This document shows, piece after piece, positions 37,892 through 48,181 of a stretch of 64,000 nt of DNA. Each line of letters opens with the position of its first letter. Within the stretch, counting starts at the first letter, position 1. This DNA comes from Patescibacteria group bacterium (GTDB lineage: Bacteria; Patescibacteriota; Microgenomatia; UBA8517): NCBI GenBank assembly GCA_041499035.1, contig JBGQJK010000003.1, forward strand, positions 1,953-65,952, in the 5' to 3' direction. The notes under the pieces were generated by a model. It made no database searches, was not told the DNA's origin, and saw only the letters and a list, made by a program, of their open reading frames with translations. A program made the position numbers and the translations under genes.

Positions 37892-38563
37892 ATGGTTGAA
37901 AACAGACGGTTTGCACTATTAGCTGACCTTGATAAAACTCTGCACGACTCAGACGAATATACCACCTCGGCGTTTGTATATAGTCTTGACCAGCTCGGCT
38001 ATCCGCTAAGCCCAAGACAAACGATTACAAAACTTATCGGTAAGCCACTAATTGAGTGCTACGAAGCCCTGGCCCCCGGGGGAGATTTTGAGGCTCTTAG
38101 GGCTGCACACACAAAATTTCAAGAAGAGCACCCGGAGCTTTTGAAGCCATTCCCCCACACCATTAGCACCTTGAGTAAAATAAAAGATGAGGGTTTTAAT
38201 ACTGCAGTTATAACTTCCCGCTCAAGGGCCAGCGCTCTTGAAAACATGGAGGCGACAGGTGTGGCCCGTTTTATTGACTACCTGGTTTCGGTGGATGATG
38301 TGGAAAATCCCAAACCTCATCCCGAACCTGTTCAAAAGGCGCTTATCCATTTTAATATTCCCGCTCATCATGCCTGGACCGCCGGTGACTCGCACTTAGA
38401 CGTACAGGCGGGAAACCGCGCCGGAACTCATACGATTGCTGTGGTAAACGGCAAGCTTACCCAAGAAATTATTGAGAGCAGGCCCGATCACATAATTTAC
38501 GACATTGAGGAGATATACCCGGTGATAATGACAGGCATAAGGATTATAACCGGCTCAGTATAA
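37892..38563 (+). CDS. HAD-superfamily phosphatase (PpaX/Gph-like)
   Basis: DLDKTL, TS, KPHPEP, GDS..D..AG..AG. Confidence 0.9.
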   Translation: MVENRRFALLADLDKTLHDSDEYTTSAFVYSLDQLGYPLSPRQTITKLIGKPLIECYEALAPGGDFEALRAAHTKFQEEHPELLKPFPHTISTLSKIKDEGFNTAVITSRSRASALENMEATGVARFIDYLVSVDDVENPKPHPEPVQKALIHFNIPAHHAWTAGDSHLDVQAGNRAGTHTIAVVNGKLTQEIIESRPDHIIYDIEEIYPVIMTGIRIITGSV

Positions 38564-38567
38564 GCTT

Positions 38568-38768
38568 CTACTTTTTACGCGAAGAATTGGGGTCGCCCTC
38601 CGCTTTTAGCCAGAGCGCTCCTACCCCGAGAACTGCCAACCCTATCGGGACATTTACATAAACACTGAAGAGAGCGGCAGCAATAACAATCAAACCAACT
38701 CTGGCCTCTTTGATTTTTTCCAGCAAACCCTTTTCGTCAACGTGTCCGCCCAGTCCCCTATCTTTCAT
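38568..38768 (-). CDS. small membrane protein
   Basis: Two hydrophobic segments; TAGAAT 7 nt upstream. Confidence 0.55.
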   Translation of the reverse strand: MKDRGLGGHVDEKGLLEKIKEARVGLIVIAAALFSVYVNVPIGLAVLGVGALWLKAEGDPNSSRKK

Positions 38769-38798
38769 AAGGCGTATTCTAGCACAATATTCTTTGTT

Positions 38799-39128
38799 TT
38801 ATACCCCTTTTGAGCCGTTATGGTCGGACAGTATTTCCGTAAGTTTTAAAATGTCTATTCCCCCGCTTTGTTTTATGCATGAGGCGTCCATCATCAGTAG
38901 TTGCTGACCGGAAAGCTGCCTGCTATGGAGGAATCCCTCAACTTCGTGTTGAAATATTGCTTTTTTATTTTTATCGTACACAATTTCCCTGAGTACATCC
39001 CCCGGCAATAATTCCCAAACATCCTCAAATGTTTCAATCGGAGCAGGACTTTTGGGGCCGGGTCCCCAGTCGAAGCGCGCCGGGGCGAGTCTGGCGCGCA
39101 TTCGTTCATGTAAATCTACAACAGACAT
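38799..39128 (-). CDS. hypothetical protein
   Basis: 109-aa ORF with upstream -10. Confidence 0.5.
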   Translation of the reverse strand: MSVVDLHERMRARLAPARFDWGPGPKSPAPIETFEDVWELLPGDVLREIVYDKNKKAIFQHEVEGFLHSRQLSGQQLLMMDASCIKQSGGIDILKLTEILSDHNGSKGV

Positions 39129-39198
39129 AATGTTTGAATTTTAACCGCTTTTTTAAAAAAATCTACATGCTAATTTGCGGTTGTTGTATAATAATTTT

Positions 39199-39552
39199 AT
39201 GAAGTTTAGTATCCGCCTACTCTATCTTTATCTTTTTTCCTTCATAGGCCTGCTCGTTGCCGTAATCGGGTCGGTAAGGCTGATTCAACTTGCATTAAAA
39301 GTCTTCGTTTTTAACGGTGCAGACACTTATAATGTTTATACCTCCCCCGTTGCCCCCGCGCCAGTTACTCCCGATGGGAAGGTTCCTGCAGTGCAAACTC
39401 AGACGGAAATTGAGGCACAGAGGAAAATTAACGATGCGGAAAATCAAAAACAGCGTCAGCGTGAAGTCGCGGAAGCCAGTGCGATGATAATAGTGGGAGC
39501 CCCTCTCTACCTCTATCACTGGAAAAAAATCCAGAAGGAAAACAAAAAATGA
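39199..39552 (+). CDS. two-TM membrane protein (DUF5671-like)
   Basis: R.LYLYL.SFIGL ... IVG.PLYLYHW. Confidence 0.65.
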   Translation: MKFSIRLLYLYLFSFIGLLVAVIGSVRLIQLALKVFVFNGADTYNVYTSPVAPAPVTPDGKVPAVQTQTEIEAQRKINDAENQKQRQREVAEASAMIIVGAPLYLYHWKKIQKENKK

Positions 39553-40052
39553 TTACTTTTGTTTTGCCCGGCGGCTCGCCCCAAAATAGACCGTGGTTAA
39601 ATGAAACGGCCAAAATCCTTGAGGTTCCCGGTGTGATCCGGCCGATCATCTGGGACCATTGGGAAGACTCCGATCAAAAGTTTATTCCCGAGGAAAAAGC
39701 TTCCCTTATAGATAAAGTGGCCAGAGGCGAGGAAATTAATATTGTTGCCAAGTCTATCGGGACTCTAGTGGCTGCACTAATGATAAATAAAATCCCCTAC
39801 CAGATTTATAAACTTATTCTTTGCGGGATTCCTTTACAAGACCTAAATGAGGATGAAAAAGATACTATAAAAGGGGCGCTTGCCAGTCTGGCTCCCGAGA
39901 AAATTCTCTGCTTTCAGAATGAAAGCGACCCGCACGCAAGTTACGCGGAGGTCAGCGAGTTTTTGCCTGTCGGGGTTAAAGTTATTAGTAAGCCCCGTAG
40001 CGACCACGAATACCCTTATTTTGAGGACTTCAATGAATTCTTAAAAGCCTGA
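39549..40052 (+). CDS. alpha/beta-hydrolase fold protein
   Basis: LPG.S, AKSIG nucleophile elbow, ND/SDP, H. Confidence 0.65.
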   Translation: MITFVLPGGSPQNRPWLNETAKILEVPGVIRPIIWDHWEDSDQKFIPEEKASLIDKVARGEEINIVAKSIGTLVAALMINKIPYQIYKLILCGIPLQDLNEDEKDTIKGALASLAPEKILCFQNESDPHASYAEVSEFLPVGVKVISKPRSDHEYPYFEDFNEFLKA

Positions 40053-40267
40053 AGATCGTAAAAAATACAGTTCTCACATCCAAGAGACGTGTCTTCCCGT
40101 CTGTGAGTTTTTGGCGAATAGACTATTTGACCTGTAATACAGTCAAAATATATTAGTCCCGGCCAAACCACCCGAACCCCGCCCGGGCCCAAAGCAAAGG
40201 TAATTTCTTTTTCCGGTACCGCGGGATTGGTGCAGCCCGGTGGTTTTCTGAATACTCTTTCTGACAT
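40016..40267 (-). CDS. hypothetical Cys-containing protein
   Basis: Four Cys including CENC; TATAAT upstream. Confidence 0.45.
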   Translation of the reverse strand: MSERVFRKPPGCTNPAVPEKEITFALGPGGVRVVWPGLIYFDCITGQIVYSPKTHRREDTSLGCENCIFYDLQAFKNSLKSSK

Positions 40268-40323
40268 GAAGTGTTTATTATAACAGAAATTATGAAGCCC
40301 ATCAAATACTATAAGACACTATT

Positions 40324-41097
40324 CTATCTTACTTGGTAGCTAAGGGAGACGGTGACGTCAATTTCCGTTTGTCCGGGCTGAATATCGGGTTGGACTGCGG
40401 GAGCGGGCGCCCCACCCAAACCCACTGCGGATTTATCTGCTGCGAAAGCAATCGGCCTGATATTCTGGGCCTGGTTTTCCGAGACATTTATTATTTTACC
40501 TAGAGTTATACCAGCCGCTTTGGCCAGGCCGTCCGCCTTGGTTTTTGCGTCGGCAACCGCCATGCTCCTTGCTTCGTTCATTTTGGCAGTTTTGGTTGAA
40601 TCGTTAAGGTCAAAATTTACATTGCCGACCATGTTGGCCCCTGCGGCTGTTGAATTAACTATTACGTCGTTAATCTTATCGAAATCTTTGACGGCAACCT
40701 CATAATTTGTGGAAACCTGATAGCCGGTTATTTTTTGCGAGGGTTGTGTAAAATCATACTGCGGGTAAACGTTGTAGGAAGTGGTTTTAATGTCCTGCTC
40801 GCTTATACCGAGTTTCTTTAGTGCATCCGTTAAAGCTTTCGATTTTGTATTAACCGAATTTTGGACCGATTTAAGTGAACTTCCGCTATCCTGAATGCCC
40901 AATGTAACCTTGGCAATGTCTGGGGTAACCGAAACCTTGCCCTCCCCCGAAACCATAAAGGGCTCTCCTACTCCTTGGGTGGTCGTCGCGAAGTTTATTG
41001 GAGGTCCCCATTTGGCAAAAACAAACAAGAGGATAAAAAAGATGATTACTGCACCTGCTCCGCCCGCCTGCGGAGGAATAGTTTTCTTTTCTTCCAT
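40324..41097 (-). CDS. SIMPL domain protein (DUF541)
   Basis: VSGEGKV...PD.A, I.T..Y...PQY, GY, A..DA..KA..LA..AG..LG, I.PG. Confidence 0.9.
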   Translation of the reverse strand: MEEKKTIPPQAGGAGAVIIFFILLFVFAKWGPPINFATTTQGVGEPFMVSGEGKVSVTPDIAKVTLGIQDSGSSLKSVQNSVNTKSKALTDALKKLGISEQDIKTTSYNVYPQYDFTQPSQKITGYQVSTNYEVAVKDFDKINDVIVNSTAAGANMVGNVNFDLNDSTKTAKMNEARSMAVADAKTKADGLAKAAGITLGKIINVSENQAQNIRPIAFAADKSAVGLGGAPAPAVQPDIQPGQTEIDVTVSLSYQVR

Positions 41098-41228
41098 TAA
41101 TTAATACTAATGCTGATTGCAGCTTTTTGCAATTGTGAATTATAACCAAATGAAATACTTACATGATATATATCATTTAAGTGAAGAATAGCTTGACAAA
41201 GAAAATGAAGAAGAAGTACAATCCGTGC

Positions 41229-41534
41229 ATGGCAAAAGTTGATGTCGTCAAGCCGGTTCTTACGGATAAAGAGTTGTCCAGAGTATTCTTAAAAGAAGAT
41301 GTGACACAGGGAAATGTTGGGATGGTTGTTGAGCATTTGGCAGATGCGCAGCTTCCAAAAGGTGAAGCATTGAAACTATTGGCTCAGGCTGCTAGGAATA
41401 GAGCAGATATAAAAGATCAGGAAGCACTATTAGTTGATGCATCGGCAGGCCATATAATTCAGGATGCAGGGGCTTTTGAGAGAAGTAGAGCATCTGCGTT
41501 AAGGAAATTTGCCGACGAAATTGAAAAGCCTTAA
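41229..41534 (+). CDS. hypothetical helical protein
   Basis: Start MAKVD at 41229; TTGACA-18-TACAAT 6 nt upstream. Confidence 0.6.
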   Translation: MAKVDVVKPVLTDKELSRVFLKEDVTQGNVGMVVEHLADAQLPKGEALKLLAQAARNRADIKDQEALLVDASAGHIIQDAGAFERSRASALRKFADEIEKP

Positions 41535-41537
41535 AAT

Positions 41538-44159
41538 TTAACTTTCTTCTTCTTCATCCACGGCTTTTTCGAGTACCGCTGCAGCGGCTACTGAGTCTCC
41601 TTTGTCGGCAAACCTCATCAAGATCACACCCTGTGTTGCACGGCCGAGCTGGGGAATATTTCTTAAGGGGAGCTTTATAACCTGACCCATTTTACTGGTG
41701 ATTATTACCTGGTCGATATTTCTTGTAACCATGGCGGCGGTTTTAAGGTTCCCCGTTTTAGTCGAAACCACGGCTGCTTTTACCCCTTTACCCGCACGTT
41801 TTTGTACAGGAAAGAGGTGGATCGGAGTACGCTTGCCTAAACCCTTCTCCGCAATTGTCAGAATATCTCTGAAATACTTCTTTCTTTTGTCCGCGGGAAT
41901 GCTTTCTTTGCCCGGAAACACATCCATGCCGATAAGCTCATCCCCTGCTTCGAGTTTTATTCCCGTTACCCCAGTTGTGGCCCTGCCCATCGGGCGTACG
42001 TTGGCTTCGGGGAAGCGTATCGACTTTGCATTCCGCGTCAAAAGAATAATATGGTCATCCCCGCCTGTGGGGTGAACCGATATGAGCTGGTCATCGCTTC
42101 TAAGTTTTATAGCAATCAGGCCGGAAGACCTTAAATTTTCAAACTCACTAAGGTTGGTCTTTTTAATGATCCCGTTCTTAGTCGCCATGATCAGGTTTTT
42201 TATGCCGCTGTCTTTTGAAAGCGGTAAAACCGACCTGATTTCTTCCCCACCCTCGAGATTCAGAAGATTAACAAGCGCCTGGCCTTTTGCCTGGCGGGAA
42301 GACTCGGGAATTTCCCAGGCTTTTGTACCGAACACACGGCCTTTATTGGTAAAGAAAAGAATATTGTCATGAGTGGAAGCGGAAAGAATATGTTCGATTT
42401 CATCCTCCTCTTTAGTTGTCATGCCGATCACTCCCTTGCCGCCGCGTCTTTGCGCGCGGTAGCTGGTTGCTGAGAGACGCTTGATGTAGCCGGTGCGGGT
42501 AATAGTGATTAATGTCTCCTCTTTGGCCACAAGATCTTCCTCGGAAATCTCCCCCAACGCGGATTTATAAATCTTGGTTCGCCTTGCATCACCGTATTTC
42601 TCCTTCAATTCGGTCAGTTCCTTAACAATAATGTCCAGGACTTTTTTTGGATCCCTGAGAATTGCAACTAACTGGTCAATTAATTTTTCAATCTCCTCGT
42701 ACTCTTTTTCTATCTTTTCGCGCTCGAGTGCAGCAAGACGACGAAGTTGCATGTCCAAAATCGCGGTTGCCTGAATTTCGGACAACTTAAACCTTTTGAT
42801 TAAATTGACCTTGGCATCATCCTGGGTTTTACTCTCCCTTATCGTTTTTATAACCGCATCCAGATTATCAAGCGCAATCTTTAAGCCTTCCAAAATGTGG
42901 GCCCGCTTTTTGGCTTCCGTCAGATCAAAAATAGTCCGCCTGGTAACAACTTTTTGTCTGTGTTTTACAAACTCGGAGAGTATTTGTTTGAGGTTCAGTG
43001 TGTGCGGAGTTCCGTCAACCAGAGCTACAAAATTCGCGGGGAAACTACTCTGAAGCCTAGTATGTTTATAAATATTATTGAGAACCGACTTGGGTTTGGC
43101 ATCACGCTTAAGGTCGACCACAACACGCATGCCGTCTTTATCGCTTTCATCCCGAAGATCAGAAATGCCGACGACCTTTTTATCCTTTACAAGTTCCGCG
43201 ATTTTGGCAACCAGTTCGCTTTTATTTACCTGATAAGGAATTTCGGAAATAATTATCTGGGTTTTGCCCTTGGCCCCTTCCGTTATCTCGGCAATTCCCC
43301 TTACAACAATCTTACCCCGTCCCGTAGCATAAACTTCCCTAAGACTATTGGCATCATAGATTGCACCCCCGGTCGGGAAATCGGGCCCAGGAATTACTTT
43401 TGTCAGTTCTTCGAGTTCTATATCGCTTTCAAATGAAATTGATGTCGGGTCAGCCTCCTCCTCGGTAAGCGGCTTTTCCGCGCCCGAAGCAACTAGATTA
43501 ATTTTCTTTATAACAAAATCAGTTTGTTCTTGGTGGGTTTTGCCTTCGGAAACAACTCTGCCTTTTTTAATCATCTCGTTAATCGCGTCCACAACTTCAC
43601 TTAGATTGTGGGGAGGAATTTTGGTGGCCATCCCGACCGCGATTCCTTCGGATCCCATCAAAAGCAGGTTAGGAAGGATTGAAGGGAGGTAAACAGGCTC
43701 TTTTAATGTTGCGTCAAAGTTGTCTGTAAAGTCCACCGTTTCTTTTTCCATGTCGGTTAGCATCAGGTCGGCAATTTTTGCTAATTTAACCTCGGTGTAA
43801 CGCATAGCTGCGGGGGGATCGCCGTCAACCGAACCGAAGTTGCCTTGGCCGTGAACTAAGGGATAGCGCATGGAAAAAGTCTGGGCCAACCTGACCATGG
43901 CGTCATAAACTGCCATATCCCCGTGCGGATGATATTTGCCTAAAACTTCTCCGACAACTTTGGCGGATTTGGTGGTGGAGCTGCCGACAAAATGGAGGCC
44001 CATGAGGTGCATCGCGTAAAGAATACGCCGGTGAACAGGCTTAAGGCCATCCCTAACGTCGGGAAGCGCGCGGGCAACAATAACACTCATTGCATAATCA
44101 AGGTAAGACTTAGAAAGTTCCGTGGTGATCTCAGTCGAGCGAATTTTGCCAATATCCAT
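41538..44159 (-). CDS. gyrA: DNA gyrase subunit A
   Basis: [28 protein letters not shown], GyrA-box QRRGGKG, pinwheel repeats. Confidence 0.96.
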   Translation of the reverse strand: MDIGKIRSTEITTELSKSYLDYAMSVIVARALPDVRDGLKPVHRRILYAMHLMGLHFVGSSTTKSAKVVGEVLGKYHPHGDMAVYDAMVRLAQTFSMRYPLVHGQGNFGSVDGDPPAAMRYTEVKLAKIADLMLTDMEKETVDFTDNFDATLKEPVYLPSILPNLLLMGSEGIAVGMATKIPPHNLSEVVDAINEMIKKGRVVSEGKTHQEQTDFVIKKINLVASGAEKPLTEEEADPTSISFESDIELEELTKVIPGPDFPTGGAIYDANSLREVYATGRGKIVVRGIAEITEGAKGKTQIIISEIPYQVNKSELVAKIAELVKDKKVVGISDLRDESDKDGMRVVVDLKRDAKPKSVLNNIYKHTRLQSSFPANFVALVDGTPHTLNLKQILSEFVKHRQKVVTRRTIFDLTEAKKRAHILEGLKIALDNLDAVIKTIRESKTQDDAKVNLIKRFKLSEIQATAILDMQLRRLAALEREKIEKEYEEIEKLIDQLVAILRDPKKVLDIIVKELTELKEKYGDARRTKIYKSALGEISEEDLVAKEETLITITRTGYIKRLSATSYRAQRRGGKGVIGMTTKEEDEIEHILSASTHDNILFFTNKGRVFGTKAWEIPESSRQAKGQALVNLLNLEGGEEIRSVLPLSKDSGIKNLIMATKNGIIKKTNLSEFENLRSSGLIAIKLRSDDQLISVHPTGGDDHIILLTRNAKSIRFPEANVRPMGRATTGVTGIKLEAGDELIGMDVFPGKESIPADKRKKYFRDILTIAEKGLGKRTPIHLFPVQKRAGKGVKAAVVSTKTGNLKTAAMVTRNIDQVIITSKMGQVIKLPLRNIPQLGRATQGVILMRFADKGDSVAAAAVLEKAVDEEEES

Positions 44160-44254
44160 ATACTTCTCAAACTTTCTTTAGAAACAAAAGAAAGTTTGGC
44201 AAAGAAATTAAAACAAAAGGGACAATAAAACTGAGGCTTTGTTAGCCTCAAAAC

Positions 44255-44283
44255 ATTGTAACCTTTTTATTAGAGTGAAGCAA
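44255..44283 (-). promoter_or_regulatory. putative gyrA promoter
   Basis: TTGCTT-17 nt-TACAAT on the minus strand. Confidence 0.5.
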
Positions 44284-44294
44284 GGAGGACCTTG

Positions 44295-44870
44295 TTAAAT
44301 TTGTGGTTTCGCAACTATAACAGCCCTTTGACTGTCAAACAGCCCGTAGCAGGTATAAATTGTAAGCTGTTCGGTCGGCATTGGCGAAACCAAGTCTACC
44401 CTGTCTGGGCTGACTATATACTTTTTCTCAACCAAATAATTATAGATTTTGCCGCTTTTGGTTTTAATCATAATCTTCTTGCCCACACCTATAAATGGAA
44501 GGTTTCCGAAAATTTCTTTTTTATTGTGGCCATAGATAACTACGTTTCCCCCGCCCCCCGGAGCGGCCGAGGTGTCCAAAAATGTTGCGTTTTTCTGGGA
44601 TATCTGCCAGACTCCGTCTTTGATGGTTCCGGGATCAACTTTTAAGTCAATATTTACGGAGGGGATGATAATTTCAACAGGCGCGTCAATACTTTGAACT
44701 GCCTGGCTGGCTTGGGGCGGCACTTTACTAAACGACAGGATCCGTTCCTTGTAGTAGTTATAGGCGCCAAAAACAAAGATTGTTATCCCTACGAAAATTA
44801 AAACAGAGGAGCCGAGCTTACCTTGAAGCTTTCTTGAAGTTTTTGATTCCGACTGCTGAGATTGTTCCAC
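44295..44870 (-). CDS. sortase
   Basis: N-terminal TM, IP...I, GNVVIYGH, FG.L, LTIYTC, R catalytic triad. Confidence 0.85.
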   Translation of the reverse strand: MEQSQQSESKTSRKLQGKLGSSVLIFVGITIFVFGAYNYYKERILSFSKVPPQASQAVQSIDAPVEIIIPSVNIDLKVDPGTIKDGVWQISQKNATFLDTSAAPGGGGNVVIYGHNKKEIFGNLPFIGVGKKIMIKTKSGKIYNYLVEKKYIVSPDRVDLVSPMPTEQLTIYTCYGLFDSQRAVIVAKPQI

Positions 44871-45669
44871 CTAAAGCCATTATGCCACCAACTAGCGTTA
44901 TAGCAAGATACAGGTCTTCTGCAAAGCTTCCGGTACCAGCCATTGTTGAGGCTCCTAAAATCTGGCCGCCTGTTCCTGTTCCAGTTATAGCAGGTGTGCC
45001 TGGGTTATCCTGATGGGCTGATTCCGGTCCGCCGTATTGGAACTGTCTACAGACTGTTGAATCCGTATTAAGCTGGTACCAGCCGTCAGGAACTACTGTC
45101 TGTACTCCGTCAAGATTAGAACATTTGTCATTAGGATCGGGTGTAACCGTAGCTACCGGTGTAGCTGTAGGCGTAGCCGTGGGTGTGGCTGTTGCACAAT
45201 CTTCATCATCTTCGTTGGGACTGTCCAAGTCTCCGTCATTGTCACAATCTGTTGTAACTACCGGAGTCGCGGTAGGGGTTACTGTGGGAGTGGCTGTAGG
45301 GGTAGGATTAACATGTGAGCAGTTGGCGAAATTGGTGTTTGAATAATCTCCCTGGCCTGCATAATTTACCCCGTTAAAGCTAAAGGGTGTCCAAATATCC
45401 CCAGCGTGGTTGCCGTGGCCGTTAAGGCCGTTGGCGTCATTTACCGAGTGTACTGAAACGTCTACATTGCTGTAGTTTCCTGATTGTCCGTCTTTGTGGC
45501 AAACGGTTACTTTTACTGATTGAGGAGTGGCTGTAGGGGTTGGGGTCGGGCTATTATGGGGGTTACTCGCAGAAACAGTACTAAGAGAGTTTACAAGCAA
45601 TAAAGAGGATACGGCCAAAGTGGCCAAAATGGCTGCGAAAGAAGCTTTACCTGTGCTTAAATGCGTCAT
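44818..45669 (-). CDS. secreted surface protein with candidate sortase sorting signal
   Basis: Signal peptide, PT linkers, C-terminal MAGTG + hydrophobic helix + KNFKKASR. Confidence 0.7.
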   Translation of the reverse strand: MTHLSTGKASFAAILATLAVSSLLLVNSLSTVSASNPHNSPTPTPTATPQSVKVTVCHKDGQSGNYSNVDVSVHSVNDANGLNGHGNHAGDIWTPFSFNGVNYAGQGDYSNTNFANCSHVNPTPTATPTVTPTATPVVTTDCDNDGDLDSPNEDDEDCATATPTATPTATPVATVTPDPNDKCSNLDGVQTVVPDGWYQLNTDSTVCRQFQYGGPESAHQDNPGTPAITGTGTGGQILGASTMAGTGSFAEDLYLAITLVGGIMALGGTISAVGIKNFKKASR

Positions 45670-45695
45670 ATAGTTTTACTAATAGGGGTATGCTA

Positions 45696-47363
45696 TCACA
45701 TACTATTACTCTTGTCAAGTGGTACTACAGGATTAAAATTAAACCCTAAAAACTTGATATAATTTACACTATTGAACATGTGTTTTATAGCCTCTCCCAC
45801 CGGCTTATAGAAGGCAGTCAGAACAATCGAGTACATTCCCACAGTATTCAATACTCCCCAAAATACCAACTGTCCGGCCAGATGATGGAAAAGATAAGCC
45901 ACAACCAGACCAATCCCGGTAATACTCCCTAAAACTATGTGGGGGTAGAAAAGGGATAACTGCACTTTATTTACCTGTGACGTGCCCTTTGGCGTGACCC
46001 TATAAATTAACTTCTTGCCTCTTAAAACTCCTATAAAGGCCAGGAGGTAAATCGGCCAGGCTGCCAGACTTAAAAACTTTCCGTTTAAAAGAAGTCCGGA
46101 CTCTTTATTCGGATCAATATTTACTCTCTGCAGCCAGATAGAAATCCCCAACTGGGTCAAAAGAAGTGGTAAGTATAGGTAAAAAAGAGGCATAAGTGCC
46201 ATCGAGGCGGACTGTATGCCGAACAGAAAGTATAGGGTTAGAAGCAGTACCCCAATTCCCTGGGCAATGCCGTCGAAGTAGTATTGCTGGAGAAAGTAGT
46301 AGTTAAAAGCGTGTATAGGCCTCATCCTCCTGAAGACTTTGGGGCTTTGGGTAAAAAGGATGTGTATTAAGCCGTAGGCCCAACGCATTTGCTGGCTAAA
46401 ATAAGAGTCCCATGTTGCGGGTCCCTCCCCGACTGCCAAAACCTCCGGAAGGTAAACGCTTCTCCATTTGTTGGCATAGAAATTCATGCCGGTCAAGTGG
46501 TCCTCAACAATGTGGCCTGAATAACCACCTATGTCATCATGAGCCGTAACTCTGACAACGTGGTTGGCACCGATAAAAAGAGGCATGTCTTTGGCAAACA
46601 AACCTCTCTGAATTATTCCGTAAAAACTGAACGCCTGCTCCGCCGCCGCTCTGGCTATCCAGGATTTGTCCTGATTTCCGTAAATTTGCGGGGTGCCTAC
46701 AAAGGCGATTTTGGGATCTCTAAAATACCCTAAAGTTTTTGTTAAGAAATCTCTTTTTGGTTCGAAGTCTACATCCAGCTGGGCAACAAAATCGTACATA
46801 CTCGAGTGTTCTGTATACCAAGCGTTGTAGTTTCCGCCCTTTGTTTTGGCCATGTAGGGCCCGCGGTCAAGGTTATATTCAGGACGGTTTTTTCTGGTAA
46901 AATATTTTACGCCGTATTTTCGGCATATTACCTTCGCCATGGCGTCGTCACCTTCGTCAAGCAGCCAGGTATCGTGAGGATAATCACACCTGATCATTGC
47001 ACCGAGCGTATTTTCCAACACCTCATAAGGTTCTTTTCCGGGTACGAATGCGGTCAGAAAAGCGACCCGCAAGTTAGCTTCGGGTTCGAGACGTTTGGGC
47101 TTGGCCATGTCTAAAGACAGGAACCAGCTAAACATTTCGTTTACAATTTGATGCCAGACTACATAGGTTAAAAGGATAAAGAGGATGATGTCTATAGCAT
47201 GCCAAACTCCGGGGAAATGATGGGGAATACTAGAAAGCTCGAACCAATAGGCACCAAACGCTCCTGTTAAAAAGGCTCCCGCGGTCAGAATTAAAGTCAA
47301 AACAACATTTTCCTTCCACGACAGGACCCTGTGTTTGGAGATGCCTAGGCCTGAATTTTTCAT
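45696..47363 (-). CDS. processive GT2, cellulose-synthase-like
   Basis: LLDE, KGGN.N, DVD, TPQ, ED, QQMRW; flanking TMs; VTPK. Confidence 0.9.
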   Translation of the reverse strand: MKNSGLGISKHRVLSWKENVVLTLILTAGAFLTGAFGAYWFELSSIPHHFPGVWHAIDIILFILLTYVVWHQIVNEMFSWFLSLDMAKPKRLEPEANLRVAFLTAFVPGKEPYEVLENTLGAMIRCDYPHDTWLLDEGDDAMAKVICRKYGVKYFTRKNRPEYNLDRGPYMAKTKGGNYNAWYTEHSSMYDFVAQLDVDFEPKRDFLTKTLGYFRDPKIAFVGTPQIYGNQDKSWIARAAAEQAFSFYGIIQRGLFAKDMPLFIGANHVVRVTAHDDIGGYSGHIVEDHLTGMNFYANKWRSVYLPEVLAVGEGPATWDSYFSQQMRWAYGLIHILFTQSPKVFRRMRPIHAFNYYFLQQYYFDGIAQGIGVLLLTLYFLFGIQSASMALMPLFYLYLPLLLTQLGISIWLQRVNIDPNKESGLLLNGKFLSLAAWPIYLLAFIGVLRGKKLIYRVTPKGTSQVNKVQLSLFYPHIVLGSITGIGLVVAYLFHHLAGQLVFWGVLNTVGMYSIVLTAFYKPVGEAIKHMFNSVNYIKFLGFNFNPVVPLDKSNSM

Positions 47364-47485
47364 AGACCGATAGTATATAGATTCAATCCTATAATGTCAA
47401 TTAAGGCTGTGTGGGTATTGTGTTGTTGCCAGCATTCTGCCGTGGGCTTGACATCCGTTTGAAATTTGCGATATGCTTGATGCAG

Positions 47486-48181
47486 ATGAATATTAGACGA
47501 AATCTTTTTAGAGTTTCTTCGGCTGGAGTTTTAGTTGTTTATCTTGGTATAGTTTTTACAACCGTAGTAATTGCGGCTCCTCCTTTCAACTTATTTGACC
47601 AGAGATCGAACACCAACGCCAGTAATGAGGGACGTCCGTCTCCCCGGCCAACGCGTTCGCCGCATCCAAGCTTTTCTCCCCGCCCAAGTAAAAGTCCTGG
47701 GTTTCAGGCTTGCCAGGCAAGAGAAGCCAGTATTAAAACTCGTGCCGGAAACCTCCTTCAACTTGTAACATTAATGGAGAGTAGGTTTGATGCAATCGCA
47801 ACAAGAGTTGAAGATTATTACACTTCAAAATTGGTTCCGGCCGGTACAATAGTTCCCAATTACTCTGCTCTTTTGGCCGATATTCAGACTAAAAAAGGAG
47901 CTGTTCAAACGGCGCTAACTAAAGCGCAAACCGATTTAACCAGTTTTAGCTGCACAAGCGGGGATCCTAAGGCAGCCTTGATGCTATTTAATACGGATAT
48001 GAAAGCGGTAAAATCCGCCCTACAGGATTTTAAAACATCAGTTCAAAACCTAATAGTTGCAGTTAGATCAGCAAAGGGGCAAGATAATAGTGCGAGTCCG
48101 AACGATTTGCACAGTCCGAAACCATTATTTTTTCAGGATAACGGCAGGGGTAACAATGGAAACGGAGGCGGAAATAAATGA
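47486..48181 (+). CDS. secreted helical/coiled-coil protein
   Basis: Signal-like N-terminus, SP/RP repeats, long amphipathic helices; start reassigned after TTGACA/TATGCT promoter. Confidence 0.65.
   Translation: MNIRRNLFRVSSAGVLVVYLGIVFTTVVIAAPPFNLFDQRSNTNASNEGRPSPRPTRSPHPSFSPRPSKSPGFQACQAREASIKTRAGNLLQLVTLMESRFDAIATRVEDYYTSKLVPAGTIVPNYSALLADIQTKKGAVQTALTKAQTDLTSFSCTSGDPKAALMLFNTDMKAVKSALQDFKTSVQNLIVAVRSAKGQDNSASPNDLHSPKPLFFQDNGRGNNGNGGGNK

Noticed and set aside
29214-41534. Integron (IntI plus attC cassettes) or prophage
   Set aside because: The recombinase lacks the IntI-specific insertion, genes are in mixed orientation with their own promoters, and no attC repeats or phage genes were seen
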